Source: Thermoleophilia bacterium
Lineage (GTDB): Bacteria > Actinomycetota > Thermoleophilia > Gaiellales > SKUG01
Assembly (NCBI GenBank): GCA_025964435.1
Contig: JAOPYV010000007.1
Location: forward strand, 1-55,505
Length of the DNA: 55,505 nucleotides
Direction of reading: 5' to 3'
Below, in pieces: positions 28,037-36,625 of this stretch (positions within the stretch are counted from its first letter, which is position 1; the number at the start of each line of letters is the position of its first letter). The notes beneath the pieces are model-generated. The model was not told the DNA's origin, did no database searches, and saw only the letters and a program-made list of their open reading frames with translations. Both the position numbers and the translations under genes were made by a program.

Positions 28037-29524
28037 ATGAGCATCGAATCCGCCTCCCACAGCAATGACCGCGCCGGCAACCTCGGAGTGACCGTCACCC
28101 CCGAGGATGACTTCGCGCAGTGGTACCAGGACATCGTCCAGAAGGCGCAGCTCGCCGAGAACGGCCCCGTGCGCGGCACGATGGTCGTGCGCCCCTATGC
28201 GTGGCGCATCTGGGAGCTGATGCAGGGATTCCTCGACGAGATGTTCAAGGAGACCGGTCACGAGAACGCCTACTTCCCGCTGCTCATCCCGCAGAGCTAC
28301 ATCACGCGCGAGGCGGACCACATCGAGGGCTTCGCCCCGGAGCTGTGGACGGTCACGCAGGGCGGTGGCAAGGACCTCGAGGAGCCGGCCGTCATCCGCC
28401 CGACGAGCGAGACCGTCATCGGCGAGATGATGAGCAAGTGGATCCAGACGCACCGCGACCTGCCCCTGCTGCTCAACCAGTGGGCGAACGTGATGCGCTG
28501 GGAGCGCCGACCGCGCCTGTTTCTGCGCACGAGCGAGTTCAACTGGCAGGAGGGCCACACCGCGCACGTCGACAAGGCGGATGCGATGGAGGAGACCCTC
28601 CGCATGCTCGACGTGTACGAGACCTTCGCCGTGCGCGACATGGCGGTGCCCGTGGTCAAGGGCGAGAAGACGCCGAGCGAGCGCTTCCCGGGTGCGGAGA
28701 ACACGTACACGATCGAAGGCATGATGCGCGACGGCAAGGCGTTGCAGAGCGGCACGTCGCACTACCTCGGCACCAAGTTCGCCGAGGCCTTCGACATCAC
28801 GTACCAGAGTCGTGAGAACCAGCGCGAGCTGTGCCACACCACGAGCTGGGGCGTCTCGACGCGACTCATCGGCGCCGTGATCATGGCGCACGGCGATGCT
28901 AAGGGTCTCGTGCTGCCGCCGCGCATCGCCTCGCACCAGGTCGTCTTCGTGCCCGTGATGGCGCACAAGGCGCCCGAGGTCGCGGACGAGGCCGATCGCC
29001 TCGCCAAGGAGCTCAAGGCCGCGGGCGTGCGCGCGCATGTCGACCACCGCGACCAGAAGCCCGGCTTCAAGTTCAACGACTGGGAGCTCAAGGGCGTGCC
29101 GCTGCGCATCGAGATCGGTCCGCGCGACCTCGAGGCGGGTGTCGTCACGATCGCCCAGCGCCTCGGCCACGACGACGAGCAGGGCAATCCGATCAAGGAC
29201 GCCGTGCCGACCGGTGAGCTCGTCGCCCACGTCACCGACCGGCTGGTGGCGTACCACGACTTCCTGCTCCAGCGCGCACTCGACTTCCGCGAGGCGAACA
29301 CGAAGCAGGTCGACAACTGGGATGACTTCGTCGCCCAGGTGAAGACCGGCTGGGCCAGCGTGCTGTACGACGGCACGGAGGAGACCGAGCAGAAGATCAA
29401 GGAAGCGACCAGCGCGACGCCGCGCTGCATCCCGAGTGATTTCCCCGCCGAGGACGGCGCCTGCTTCGTGACCGGGGCGCCGAGCGCGTTCGGTAAGCGC
29501 GTGATCTTCGGTCGCTCCTACTAG
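28037..29524 (+). CDS. proS: prolyl-tRNA synthetase, archaeal/eukaryotic-like type
   Basis: Class II aaRS motifs. N-terminus DFAQWYQDIVQKAQL and C-terminal ...FGRSY ending in Tyr, typical of the archaeal-type ProRS that lacks the bacterial insertion domain. Confidence 0.95.
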   Translation: MSIESASHSNDRAGNLGVTVTPEDDFAQWYQDIVQKAQLAENGPVRGTMVVRPYAWRIWELMQGFLDEMFKETGHENAYFPLLIPQSYITREADHIEGFAPELWTVTQGGGKDLEEPAVIRPTSETVIGEMMSKWIQTHRDLPLLLNQWANVMRWERRPRLFLRTSEFNWQEGHTAHVDKADAMEETLRMLDVYETFAVRDMAVPVVKGEKTPSERFPGAENTYTIEGMMRDGKALQSGTSHYLGTKFAEAFDITYQSRENQRELCHTTSWGVSTRLIGAVIMAHGDAKGLVLPPRIASHQVVFVPVMAHKAPEVADEADRLAKELKAAGVRAHVDHRDQKPGFKFNDWELKGVPLRIEIGPRDLEAGVVTIAQRLGHDDEQGNPIKDAVPTGELVAHVTDRLVAYHDFLLQRALDFREANTKQVDNWDDFVAQVKTGWASVLYDGTEETEQKIKEATSATPRCIPSDFPAEDGACFVTGAPSAFGKRVIFGRSY

Positions 29525-29533
29525 CTGCTGCAT

Positions 29534-30391
29534 ATGCGCATTCGCTCGCTGGGATACGCCACTGACGTCGACGTGCTGCCGACGGGTGCCATCATCGAGG
29601 ACCGCGGTCCCTTCGTAGTGGTTCGCTCGCCGAGCAACCCGACGCACTACTGGGGCAACTTCCTGATCTTCCGGGAGCCGCCGGTCGAGGGGGACCGCGA
29701 GCGCTGGGAAGCGCACTTCGACCATGAGATCTGCGCGCGGTCGCACATCGCCTTCGGCTGGGACGTGATCGACGGCGACGTCGGCGCGGCAGCGGCCGAG
29801 TTCGTCGCAGCAGGCTACGAGCTGCAGGAGGACGTCGTCCTGGTCGCGGAGCCCGAGGAGCTTCGCGCGCACGCGCGCGCGAGTGACGACGTGGTGATCC
29901 GCGCCCTCGACCCGACGCCGGGGGTGGACGAGGCGGGTTGGGACGCTGCGACGCGCGTGCAGGTCGAGAACCGCGATCCCGGCCACACCGAGGCGGACCA
30001 CCGCGCGTTCGTGGACGCGCGCACGGCCGATCGGCGGCGCCGCTTCGTGGCCGGCGACGGCGCGTGGTTCGTCGCCGAGACGGCTGACGGCGAGGTCGTC
30101 GCTGGCTGCGGCGTGGTCGTGACCGAGGGCCGCGGTCGCTTCCAGTCGGTCGACACGCTCGAGGCGTGGCGCAACCGTGGCATCGCCTCGCGCCTGGTGC
30201 ACGATGCCGGCCGCGCGGCGATCGAGCGGTTCGGTGCGGAGCGTCTCGTCATCGTGGCCGATTCGACGTACCACGCGCTCCCGCTCTACGAATCCCTCGG
30301 CTTCGTGCCGCGCGAGCGCACCGCCGGCGTCTGCTGGTGGCCCGGCGCGACCAACGCTTCCCGCCACCCGCAGCGTGGCGCCGTCGCCTGA
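29534..30391 (+). CDS. GNAT-family N-acetyltransferase
   Basis: Acetyl-CoA binding motif WRNRGIASRLV, and C-terminal ALPLYESLGF. Confidence 0.75.
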   Translation: MRIRSLGYATDVDVLPTGAIIEDRGPFVVVRSPSNPTHYWGNFLIFREPPVEGDRERWEAHFDHEICARSHIAFGWDVIDGDVGAAAAEFVAAGYELQEDVVLVAEPEELRAHARASDDVVIRALDPTPGVDEAGWDAATRVQVENRDPGHTEADHRAFVDARTADRRRRFVAGDGAWFVAETADGEVVAGCGVVVTEGRGRFQSVDTLEAWRNRGIASRLVHDAGRAAIERFGAERLVIVADSTYHALPLYESLGFVPRERTAGVCWWPGATNASRHPQRGAVA

Positions 30392-30544
30392 CCGACGCCT
30401 GACCGGCGGCGGCCGCTTTCGGCAGTCCCGTGGCCGTCGGCGGCCAACGGACCCGAAAACCTGCCTGCTGGCGAGCCCCGGGAACGGATGGACAGGTGAC
30501 ACATTGCAGCGGAGCCGCGCCGAGGAGGTAGCGGGGCCGAGGCA

Positions 30545-30559
30545 GACCTCGGGAGGGTC
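30545..30559 (+). promoter_or_regulatory. conserved G-rich ribosome-binding box GACCTCGGGAGGGTC (copy 2)
   Basis: Identical 15-mer to 7191-7205. Ends 6 nt before ATG 30566. Confidence 0.7.
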
Positions 30560-30565
30560 GTCACC

Positions 30566-31684
30566 ATGTCAGTCAACATCATCACGCCGCCCACGCAGAA
30601 CCCCACGCTCCTGCAGCGCATCTTCGGCAGCGAGCCGAAGACGGTGGTTCACGAGACGTCCACGACGACGATCGTCAACGAGCCCGGCGGCACCTTCGAC
30701 TTCAAGGCCGCGCTGCGCAACGGCGGCATCGGTGCCGCAGTGGCCGGCGCGCTCGGCGGCGTCTCGCTGCTCGGCAAGGTCGCGCTCCCCATCATCGGCA
30801 AGATCGGCTCCCTCGGCGGCCTGGTCAAGCTCGCCGGTGTCGGTGGCGCCCTCGGTATCGCGACGGCAGCCATCCCGCTGATCGCACCACACGTCCGTGA
30901 CAGCCCGACGGCGAAGGCTGCCCTGACGGGCGCCGCCATCGGTGGCGTCGCCGGCGCGGTGCTGCCCTTCGTCCCGGTCTGGCTCGGTGCTGGCGTCGGC
31001 GCTGGTGTCGGCCTGCTCGTGAACCACATGCGCAACAACCCGGTGGACGACCACCAGTCGATCCCCGGCTACGCGAGCTACCCCGGATTCGTCGCGGTCG
31101 GTCCCGTCGGCAACCACGGCTATGGCATGCCCGGCTACGGCCAGGCGCCCGGCTACGGCCAGATGCCGGGCTACGGCCAGATGCCGGGCTACGGCGCTCC
31201 GAACATGTACCCGCAGGGCATGCCGCAGGGGATGTACCCGGGCTACCCCGGCATGGCGACGCTGCCGATGTCGGCTCCCGCCGCGACGGCGCAGCAGGCG
31301 CTGGCACCGGTCACGACGACCACCGCCGCTCCCGCCCCGGCCGCCACACGGGCACCCGCAGCGCCGGCTGCACCGATGTACCCGTCGCTGACTGCGGTTC
31401 CCGCCTTCCCCACGTCGCTGGGCGCCACGACCGCAGCTGCCGCCCCCACAGCAGCGGCCGCTTCCGTGGCTCCCATCGCCACGGCCGCCAAGTTCCCCGG
31501 CGCGAAGACCTTCACCGACGGCGCGGGCAACATCCGCCAGGTCGGGACCGGTGCCATCGTGAAGCCGGCCGGCGCCGCGACCGCGGGCGCCCCGACCGTG
31601 ATGACCGCGCTGCCGCTCACGGCAGGCATCGGCAGCGTCGATCCGTCGACCGCACCGCCGCTGTCGACCATGCCCGTCGCCTAG
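30566..31684 (+). CDS. glycine-zipper membrane protein (paralog 2) with PGYGQ repeats and Ala/Pro/Thr-rich tail
   Basis: MSVNIITPPTQ..., RNGGIGAAVAGALGGV and further G/A-rich helices, then GYGMPGYGQAPGYGQMPGYGQMPGYG. Confidence 0.85.
   Translation: MSVNIITPPTQNPTLLQRIFGSEPKTVVHETSTTTIVNEPGGTFDFKAALRNGGIGAAVAGALGGVSLLGKVALPIIGKIGSLGGLVKLAGVGGALGIATAAIPLIAPHVRDSPTAKAALTGAAIGGVAGAVLPFVPVWLGAGVGAGVGLLVNHMRNNPVDDHQSIPGYASYPGFVAVGPVGNHGYGMPGYGQAPGYGQMPGYGQMPGYGAPNMYPQGMPQGMYPGYPGMATLPMSAPAATAQQALAPVTTTTAAPAPAATRAPAAPAAPMYPSLTAVPAFPTSLGATTAAAAPTAAAASVAPIATAAKFPGAKTFTDGAGNIRQVGTGAIVKPAGAATAGAPTVMTALPLTAGIGSVDPSTAPPLSTMPVA
31118..31198 (+). repeat. tandem 15-nt coding repeat (PGYGQ x5)
   Basis: CCnGGCTACGGCCAGnnG is reiterated in frame within the paralog 2 gene. 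Confidence 0.8.
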
Positions 31685-31734
31685 GTCGTCGCCGGGCGCG
31701 ACGCGCCCGATCAAGATCTCCCCTCCCGGGAAGC

Positions 31735-31778
31735 CAGCGGAGGAGCCGTCGATGCGGCTCCTCCGCTGATATCTTCTG
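31735..31778 (+). terminator. strong intrinsic terminator after paralog 2
   Basis: Perfect 14-bp stem CAGCGGAGGAGCCG (31735-31748) / CGGCTCCTCCGCTG (31755-31768), loop TCGATG, tail ATATCTTCTG. Confidence 0.8.
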
Positions 31779-31782
31779 CGGC

Positions 31783-32220
31783 ATGCCCCGGCGTCGCCCA
31801 GTAGTCCTCGCGAGCTTGTTCCTCCTCCTCGCGGCCCTGCTGCTCGCGGGATGCGGCAGCGATGCGCCTCCGCAGCTGTCGAAGCGGGACTACATCGAGC
31901 GCTTCAACACGCTCCAGTCCGATGCATCACAGGTCTTCGCCGACCTGGCTGCCGACGCCAGCACCCCCGCCGCCGCTGCATCCCGCCTCGGTGCGATCGA
32001 CGAGCTCATCACCGGTGTCGAGGAGCTCGACCCGCCGCAGCAGTGGCGTGACGAGCACGGAACGCTCCTGACCTCGCTTCGGACGATGCGCGAGTCGATG
32101 GGCATCATCTCGCGCGCCGGTGCGAGCAAGACGACGATCATCTCGACCCAGGTGCGTCGCTACACTGCCGCGCAGCGCGACTTCGAGCGAGCCGTCAAGG
32201 CGATCAACGCCTCGCGCTGA
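31783..32220 (+). CDS. hypothetical lipoprotein (145 aa)
   Basis: Lipobox LLLAGC-GS. Helical soluble part. Good third-position bias. Confidence 0.8.
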   Translation: MPRRRPVVLASLFLLLAALLLAGCGSDAPPQLSKRDYIERFNTLQSDASQVFADLAADASTPAAAASRLGAIDELITGVEELDPPQQWRDEHGTLLTSLRTMRESMGIISRAGASKTTIISTQVRRYTAAQRDFERAVKAINASR

Positions 32221-32226
32221 CGCGGG

Positions 32227-32286
32227 CCGCCCGAGGTGTGGCGGCTGAGTCGCGCATACGTATACCCAGCCGCCACGGTCGGGCGG
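32227..32286 (+). terminator. long composite hairpin after the lipoprotein gene
   Basis: Outer stem CCGCCCGA (32227-32234) / TCGGGCGG (32279-32286) and inner stem GTGGCGGCT (32238-32246) / AGCCGCCAC (32268-32276), with an AT-rich loop. No U-tract. Confidence 0.55.
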
Positions 32287-32295
32287 CGTAGTCCA

Positions 32296-32522
32296 GCCAC
32301 TGGCCCATTCCGCCGTGGCCAAAAGGGGCCACGCGGGTGCCGAACGTACATGGCCAAGTGCGGCCACATCGCGACGTGTTCGCTGAATCGGATCCGGCCA
32401 CGAATTGCCATGGATCGTCACAAAGTTGCTCTGAGCAGGGAAAACGACGATTTGAAGCAGGCCGCGGGGCGGCCAAAAGAGGCCAACTCGTGTCCCTTTC
32501 TGCAACGGGCAAAGGAGGCCAC
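32296..32522. repeat. array of GGCC-N6-GGCC(AC) sites
   Basis: GGCCaaaaggGGCCAC (32317-32332), GGCCaagtgcGGCCAC (32352-32367), GGCCaaaagaGGCCAA (32471-32486), GGGCaaaggaGGCCAC (32507-32522), plus a degenerate copy at 32396. Confidence 0.6.
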
Positions 32523-32582
32523 GCGATGAGCTGTTGACGTCAGAGTTCGGCACACCGCCGCACCACTGACACCCAGCTAGAC

Positions 32583-32595
32583 ACCTTGGGAGGGT
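32583..32595 (+). promoter_or_regulatory. conserved G-rich ribosome-binding box ACCTTGGGAGGGT (copy 3)
   Basis: 12/13 identical to the core of the boxes at 7192-7204 and 30546-30558. Ends 6 nt before GTG 32602. Confidence 0.65.
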
Positions 32596-32601
32596 GAGCC
32601 A

Positions 32602-33399
32602 GTGACTACGGTCTCGCAGATCATCGGACAGGCACGGATCAACATGGGTACGGTTGCCGCAGCAGGCGGCGGTACTTCAGCAGGATCCGAGGTCAACGAC
32701 GGATACAAGAGCTTCGGCGGGTCGATCCTGCGGAACGCGGCCATCGGCGCCGCGGCCGGCGCAGTGATCGCACTGCCCACGGGCATCGGCATCCCACTGG
32801 GAGCCGGCGTCGGTGCAGCGGTCGGTGCCGGTTCGGCACTCATCCGCCACCCCAAGGTGGCCGATGCAGCCGGTGACGGCCTCAAGGGTGCACTTGCCGG
32901 TGCAGCCGGTGGCGCCCTCGTCGGAACCATCACACCCTTCGGTCCGGTCGGCGGCGCGATCGCCGGCGGTGTCGGCGGCTTCCTCACCGGCACGGTGAGC
33001 AGCCTGCTCAAGGGTGTCGGCGGTGGCCAGTTCTCCATCGAGAAGGAGAAGACGGTCATGGGCCGCATCACCAAGGGCCTCGCCCTGGGTGCCATGAGCG
33101 GCGCGGCGGTCGGTGCAGGTGCCGGCCTCATGTTCGGCGGCATCGGTGCCCTTCCCGGCGCCATCTGGGGAGCAGTCATCGGCGGTGTCGGCGGCGCCTT
33201 CTACGGAGCCAGCACCGGCGTCACCGACGCGGTGACCGGCGCCAAGGGTGTCAGCTTCACGGGCAAGGGCGGCGGCTTCGAGCTGCCGAGCCTCAAGCTC
33301 CCCTGGGGCAGCGGCTCCGACAAGGACGGCGGCAACGTCGACCAGCACCCGAGCCAGGGCAACCCCGGTCAGTCGGTCGAGCAGCGCTCCGCCGCCTGA
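32602..33399 (+). CDS. glycine-zipper membrane protein (paralog 3, 265 aa)
   Basis: MTTVSQIIGQ..., RNAAIGAAAGAVIAL, and repeated GxxxG/A helices (GAGVGAAVGAG, GAIAGGVGGF, GAAVGAGAGLMFGGIG, GAVIGGVGGAF). Confidence 0.85.
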   Translation: MTTVSQIIGQARINMGTVAAAGGGTSAGSEVNDGYKSFGGSILRNAAIGAAAGAVIALPTGIGIPLGAGVGAAVGAGSALIRHPKVADAAGDGLKGALAGAAGGALVGTITPFGPVGGAIAGGVGGFLTGTVSSLLKGVGGGQFSIEKEKTVMGRITKGLALGAMSGAAVGAGAGLMFGGIGALPGAIWGAVIGGVGGAFYGASTGVTDAVTGAKGVSFTGKGGGFELPSLKLPWGSGSDKDGGNVDQHPSQGNPGQSVEQRSAA

Positions 33400-33499
33400 C
33401 CGATCTACCCGGCTGCTGCCCGCTGATTGCGAGCCAGCGTCGCAGCGCCACAACAAGCTGTCGTGCGGAAGCGTCCCAGCTCCCACTGACAATCCCGTA

Positions 33500-33532
33500 C
33501 TCCCCGGTGAGCGCCCCAGGCTCGCCGGGGAG
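33500..33532. terminator. bidirectional terminator hairpin between convergent genes
   Basis: Stem CTCCCCGG (33500-33507) / CCGGGGAG (33525-33532) with additional internal pairing. Confidence 0.6.
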
Positions 33533-33546
33533 TGCTGTCTTCCGGG

Positions 33547-34731
33547 TTAGACGGACGCGGCCAGCGCGGCCCCGATGCCGACACGCGCGCCGGTATCGGC
33601 GTCGAACCAGAGCAGCTTGTCCGGATCCAGCGCCAGCTTCGCGACGCTGCGTCGCTGCACCGTGCTGTCCGATTCCAGCCGCGCGACGACCTGGTTCTCA
33701 CCGGCGGAGATGCGGTTGTCCCCGCCGCGGTCGCGCGAGATCTCGGCGAGCTGTCCGGCATGGACCTCTTCGCCTGCCACGGTGAAGTACGCCACCGTCT
33801 CCGCGCCCATCGGCTCGACCAGGTCGATCTCGACGTCGAAGGTCGGCCAGCCCTTCGTTCCCGGGGCGCCCGCTTCCTCGATCTGCTCGGGACGCACGCC
33901 CACGATGACGCGATCGATCCTGCGCAGCTCCTCGAGCAGCTCCGGCGTCGGTGTCATGTCGAGCATCGGGAGGTGGACATGGTCGCCCTCGACCTTGGCT
34001 GGCAGGAAGTTCATCGACGGCGAGCCGATGAAGCCGGCGACGAAGAGGTTGGTGGGCTCGTTGTAGAGCTCCATCGGCGTCCCGACCTGCTGCAGCTCGC
34101 CAGCACGCATCACGGCCACGCGGTCGCCCAGCGTCATCGCCTCGGTCTGGTCGTGCGTCACGTACACGGTCGTCGTGCCGAGCCGTGCCTGGAGGCGTGA
34201 CAGCTCGGCGCGCGTCTGCACGCGCAGCTTCGCGTCGAGGTTGGAGAGCGGCTCGTCCATCAGGAACGCCGCGGGCTTGCGCACGATCGCGCGACCCATC
34301 GCCACGCGCTGGCGCTGGCCGCCGGAGAGGTTCGCCGGCTTGCGCTCGAGGTGGTCCTCCAGCCCGAGGATCCGGGCCGCCTCCTCGACGCGCTGCGCGA
34401 TCTCCTCCTTCGGTACCTTCGCCAGCTTGAGCGAGAAGCCCATGTTGTCGCGCACCGTCATGTGCGGATACAGCGCGTAGCTCTGGAACACCATCGCGAT
34501 GTCGCGCTCGCCCGGATCGAGGTCGTTGACGATGCGGTCGCCGATCACCAGCTCGCCGTCGGTGATCTCCTCGAGGCCGGCGATCATCCGCAGCGCCGTC
34601 GACTTGCCGCACCCTGATGGGCCGACGAGGATCATGAACTCGCCATCCTCGATGGTGAGCGACATGTTGCGTACGCCCTCGGTTCCGTCGGGGTAGCGCT
34701 TGGTGACGCCGTCGAGCACGATCTGGGCCAT
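33547..34731 (-). CDS. sugar ABC transporter ATP-binding protein (MalK/UgpC/MsiK type)
   Basis: Walker [10 protein letters not shown], signature [14 protein letters not shown], Walker [12 protein letters not shown], and a C-terminal TOBE-like domain. Confidence 0.95.
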   Translation of the reverse strand: MAQIVLDGVTKRYPDGTEGVRNMSLTIEDGEFMILVGPSGCGKSTALRMIAGLEEITDGELVIGDRIVNDLDPGERDIAMVFQSYALYPHMTVRDNMGFSLKLAKVPKEEIAQRVEEAARILGLEDHLERKPANLSGGQRQRVAMGRAIVRKPAAFLMDEPLSNLDAKLRVQTRAELSRLQARLGTTTVYVTHDQTEAMTLGDRVAVMRAGELQQVGTPMELYNEPTNLFVAGFIGSPSMNFLPAKVEGDHVHLPMLDMTPTPELLEELRRIDRVIVGVRPEQIEEAGAPGTKGWPTFDVEIDLVEPMGAETVAYFTVAGEEVHAGQLAEISRDRGGDNRISAGENQVVARLESDSTVQRRSVAKLALDPDKLLWFDADTGARVGIGAALAASV

Positions 34732-34742
34732 GGTGACCTTTC

Positions 34743-35666
34743 CTATCCCTTGACCGCACCGGCTGTCAGGCCGGCCACGATTCGCTTCTGGAACACGAGG
34801 ACGAGCACGACGAGCGGGACCATGACGATCACCGATGCCGCGCTGATGGTGCCGAGCGGCGCCTCGAACTTGACGCTGCCCGTGAAGAACGCGATCGCCG
34901 CCGGCACGGTGCGCGCCTCGGGCGTGCTCGTGAGGGTGATCGCGAACAGGAACTCATTCCACGCGGCGAAGAAGACGAGCAGCGCGGCCGTGACCAGGCC
35001 CGGAGCCGCGAGCGGGAGCACGACCTTCGTGAACGACTGCACGCGTGTCGCGCCGTCGACCAGCGCTGCCTCTTCCAGCTCGCGCGGGATCTCGCGGAAG
35101 AAGCTCGTCAGGATGAAGATCGTCAGCGGCAGCGTGAACACGAGGTTGGGGATGATCAGCCCGAGGCCGTACTCGGCGTCGTAGAGGCCGATGTCAGTCC
35201 ACAGCTTGAACAGCGGCGCCGCGATGGCGATCACGGGGAAGGTCGAGATCGAGAGCACGATGCCGAGCAGCAGCGCCTTGCGCGGGAAGCGCAGCCGAGC
35301 CAGCGCGTACGCCGCGAAGGAACCGACGAACAGCGACAGCACCGTCGTCGTCGTCGCCACGATCGCGCTGTTGCGCAGCGCGAGCAGGAAGTCGCCGTCG
35401 TTGAGCACGGAGCGGTAGTTGCGCAGGGTCGGGTTGTCGGGCCAGAGCGCGCCGCGCGAGAGGTCAGCGCCCGCCTTCAGCGACGTATTCACGATCCAGT
35501 AGATCGGGAAGAGGCAGAACAGCACGATCGCCGCGATCGACGTCCACATCAGGACGGACTTCACCCAGGATGGAGTGGCCTTGCGACGTGAGCGCGCCCG
35601 CGTGCGTGCTGCACTCGAGGGGCGAGCGATCGCGCCGGGTCCGGATCCTGCAGAGGTCGCGGTCAT
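34743..35666 (-). CDS. carbohydrate ABC transporter permease (MalG-like)
   Basis: 6 TM. EAA loop [22 protein letters not shown]. Confidence 0.92.
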   Translation of the reverse strand: MTATSAGSGPGAIARPSSAARTRARSRRKATPSWVKSVLMWTSIAAIVLFCLFPIYWIVNTSLKAGADLSRGALWPDNPTLRNYRSVLNDGDFLLALRNSAIVATTTTVLSLFVGSFAAYALARLRFPRKALLLGIVLSISTFPVIAIAAPLFKLWTDIGLYDAEYGLGLIIPNLVFTLPLTIFILTSFFREIPRELEEAALVDGATRVQSFTKVVLPLAAPGLVTAALLVFFAAWNEFLFAITLTSTPEARTVPAAIAFFTGSVKFEAPLGTISAASVIVMVPLVVLVLVFQKRIVAGLTAGAVKG

Positions 35667-35667
35667 G

Positions 35668-36612
35668 TCAGTCTTCCGCCAAGGTCTTGATGTTGCCGCC
35701 CACGAAGCGGATGTACAGGAACGAGACGACCATCACGATGACGAACGTCAGCACCGACAGCGCGGCGCCGAGCCCGATCAGCCTGTTGTCCGTCAGCTCC
35801 TGGTACGCCAGCAGTGACAGCACGTTCGTGCCATTGGAACCATCGGTCAGGACCTTGGGAAGGTCGAAGATGCGCAGCGCGTCGAGCGTGCGGAAGATGA
35901 GCGCGACGAGGATCGCCGGAATGAGCAGGGGGATGGTGATGCGCAGGAATCGCTGCCACGTCGTCGCGCCATCCACCTTCGCCGCCTCGTAGACGTCCTC
36001 GGGAATGACCTGCAGTCCCGCGAGCAGGAGCAGCGCCATGAACGGTGCGGTCTTCCACACGTCGGCGAGGATGAGCACGGCCATCGCGTAGCCATTCTCG
36101 CCGAGCCAGATCACGTCCTCGGCGATGCCGATCTTCTCCAGCACCTGTGGCGCGAAGCCCAGGCCCGGCTCGAAGATCGATCGCCACGTGATCGCCGTCA
36201 CGGCGGTGATCGTCGCCCATGGCACGAGCACCGTCGCGCGCAGCAGGCCGCGCCCCTTGAACGCGCTGTGCATCGCGACCGCCATGGCCAGGCCGATGAC
36301 GAGCTCCAGGGCGACCGACACGCCGGTGAAGAGCATCGTGTTGCCGAACGCGTCCCAGAAGCTCGGACCGATCGCCTCACGATAGTTGTCCGCACCGGCG
36401 AATCGCTGGAGGCCGGGAACGCGCACGCTGTACTCGTTGAGCGACAGCCAGATCGCGTAGAAGATCGGGTACGCCGCGACGAGCGCGATGAGCGCGAGCG
36501 CGGGTGAGAGCAGGATCCCCGCAAGCCGCCGGTCCGAGCGTCCGAAGCTGCCGCCACCGGACCGCTTCGGACGCGGCGGAACCGTCGCCTGTGTGGGGGT
36601 GATGCTGGTCAT
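35668..36612 (-). CDS. carbohydrate ABC transporter permease (MalF-like)
   Basis: 6 TM. EAA loop IPEDVYEAAKVDGATTWQRF. 1-nt gap to the next permease gene. Confidence 0.92.
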   Translation of the reverse strand: MTSITPTQATVPPRPKRSGGGSFGRSDRRLAGILLSPALALIALVAAYPIFYAIWLSLNEYSVRVPGLQRFAGADNYREAIGPSFWDAFGNTMLFTGVSVALELVIGLAMAVAMHSAFKGRGLLRATVLVPWATITAVTAITWRSIFEPGLGFAPQVLEKIGIAEDVIWLGENGYAMAVLILADVWKTAPFMALLLLAGLQVIPEDVYEAAKVDGATTWQRFLRITIPLLIPAILVALIFRTLDALRIFDLPKVLTDGSNGTNVLSLLAYQELTDNRLIGLGAALSVLTFVIVMVVSFLYIRFVGGNIKTLAED

Positions 36613-36625
36613 CGGGCGGTTCCCA

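Noticed and set aside
26126-30502. 1458-aa minus-strand ORF, the longest in the track
   Set aside because: It is antisense to four well-supported plus-strand genes (GGDEF-like pair, proS, GNAT). The translation is Arg/Ala/Pro/Gly-rich with no domains. This is the typical stop-free shadow frame of high-GC DNA.
32341-32382. CGAACGTAC ... ACGTGTTCG half-sites resembling LexA arms
   Set aside because: The two arms are 32 nt apart instead of 4, so this is not a functional SOS box by the TCGAAC-N4-GTTCGA rule.
32350-32529. 59-codon ORF MAKCGHIATCSLNRIRPRIAMDRHKVALSRENDDLKQAAGRPKEANSCPFLQRAKEATR
   Set aside because: About one third of its codons end in A/T, unlike real genes here. No SD is present. 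It overlaps the GGCC-N6-GGCC array, which better explains the sequence conservation.
34732-34742. msiK RNA motif upstream of the MsiK-like ATPase gene
   Set aside because: The ATPase gene follows the permease gene after 11 nt inside the operon, leaving no room for a structured 5' UTR.
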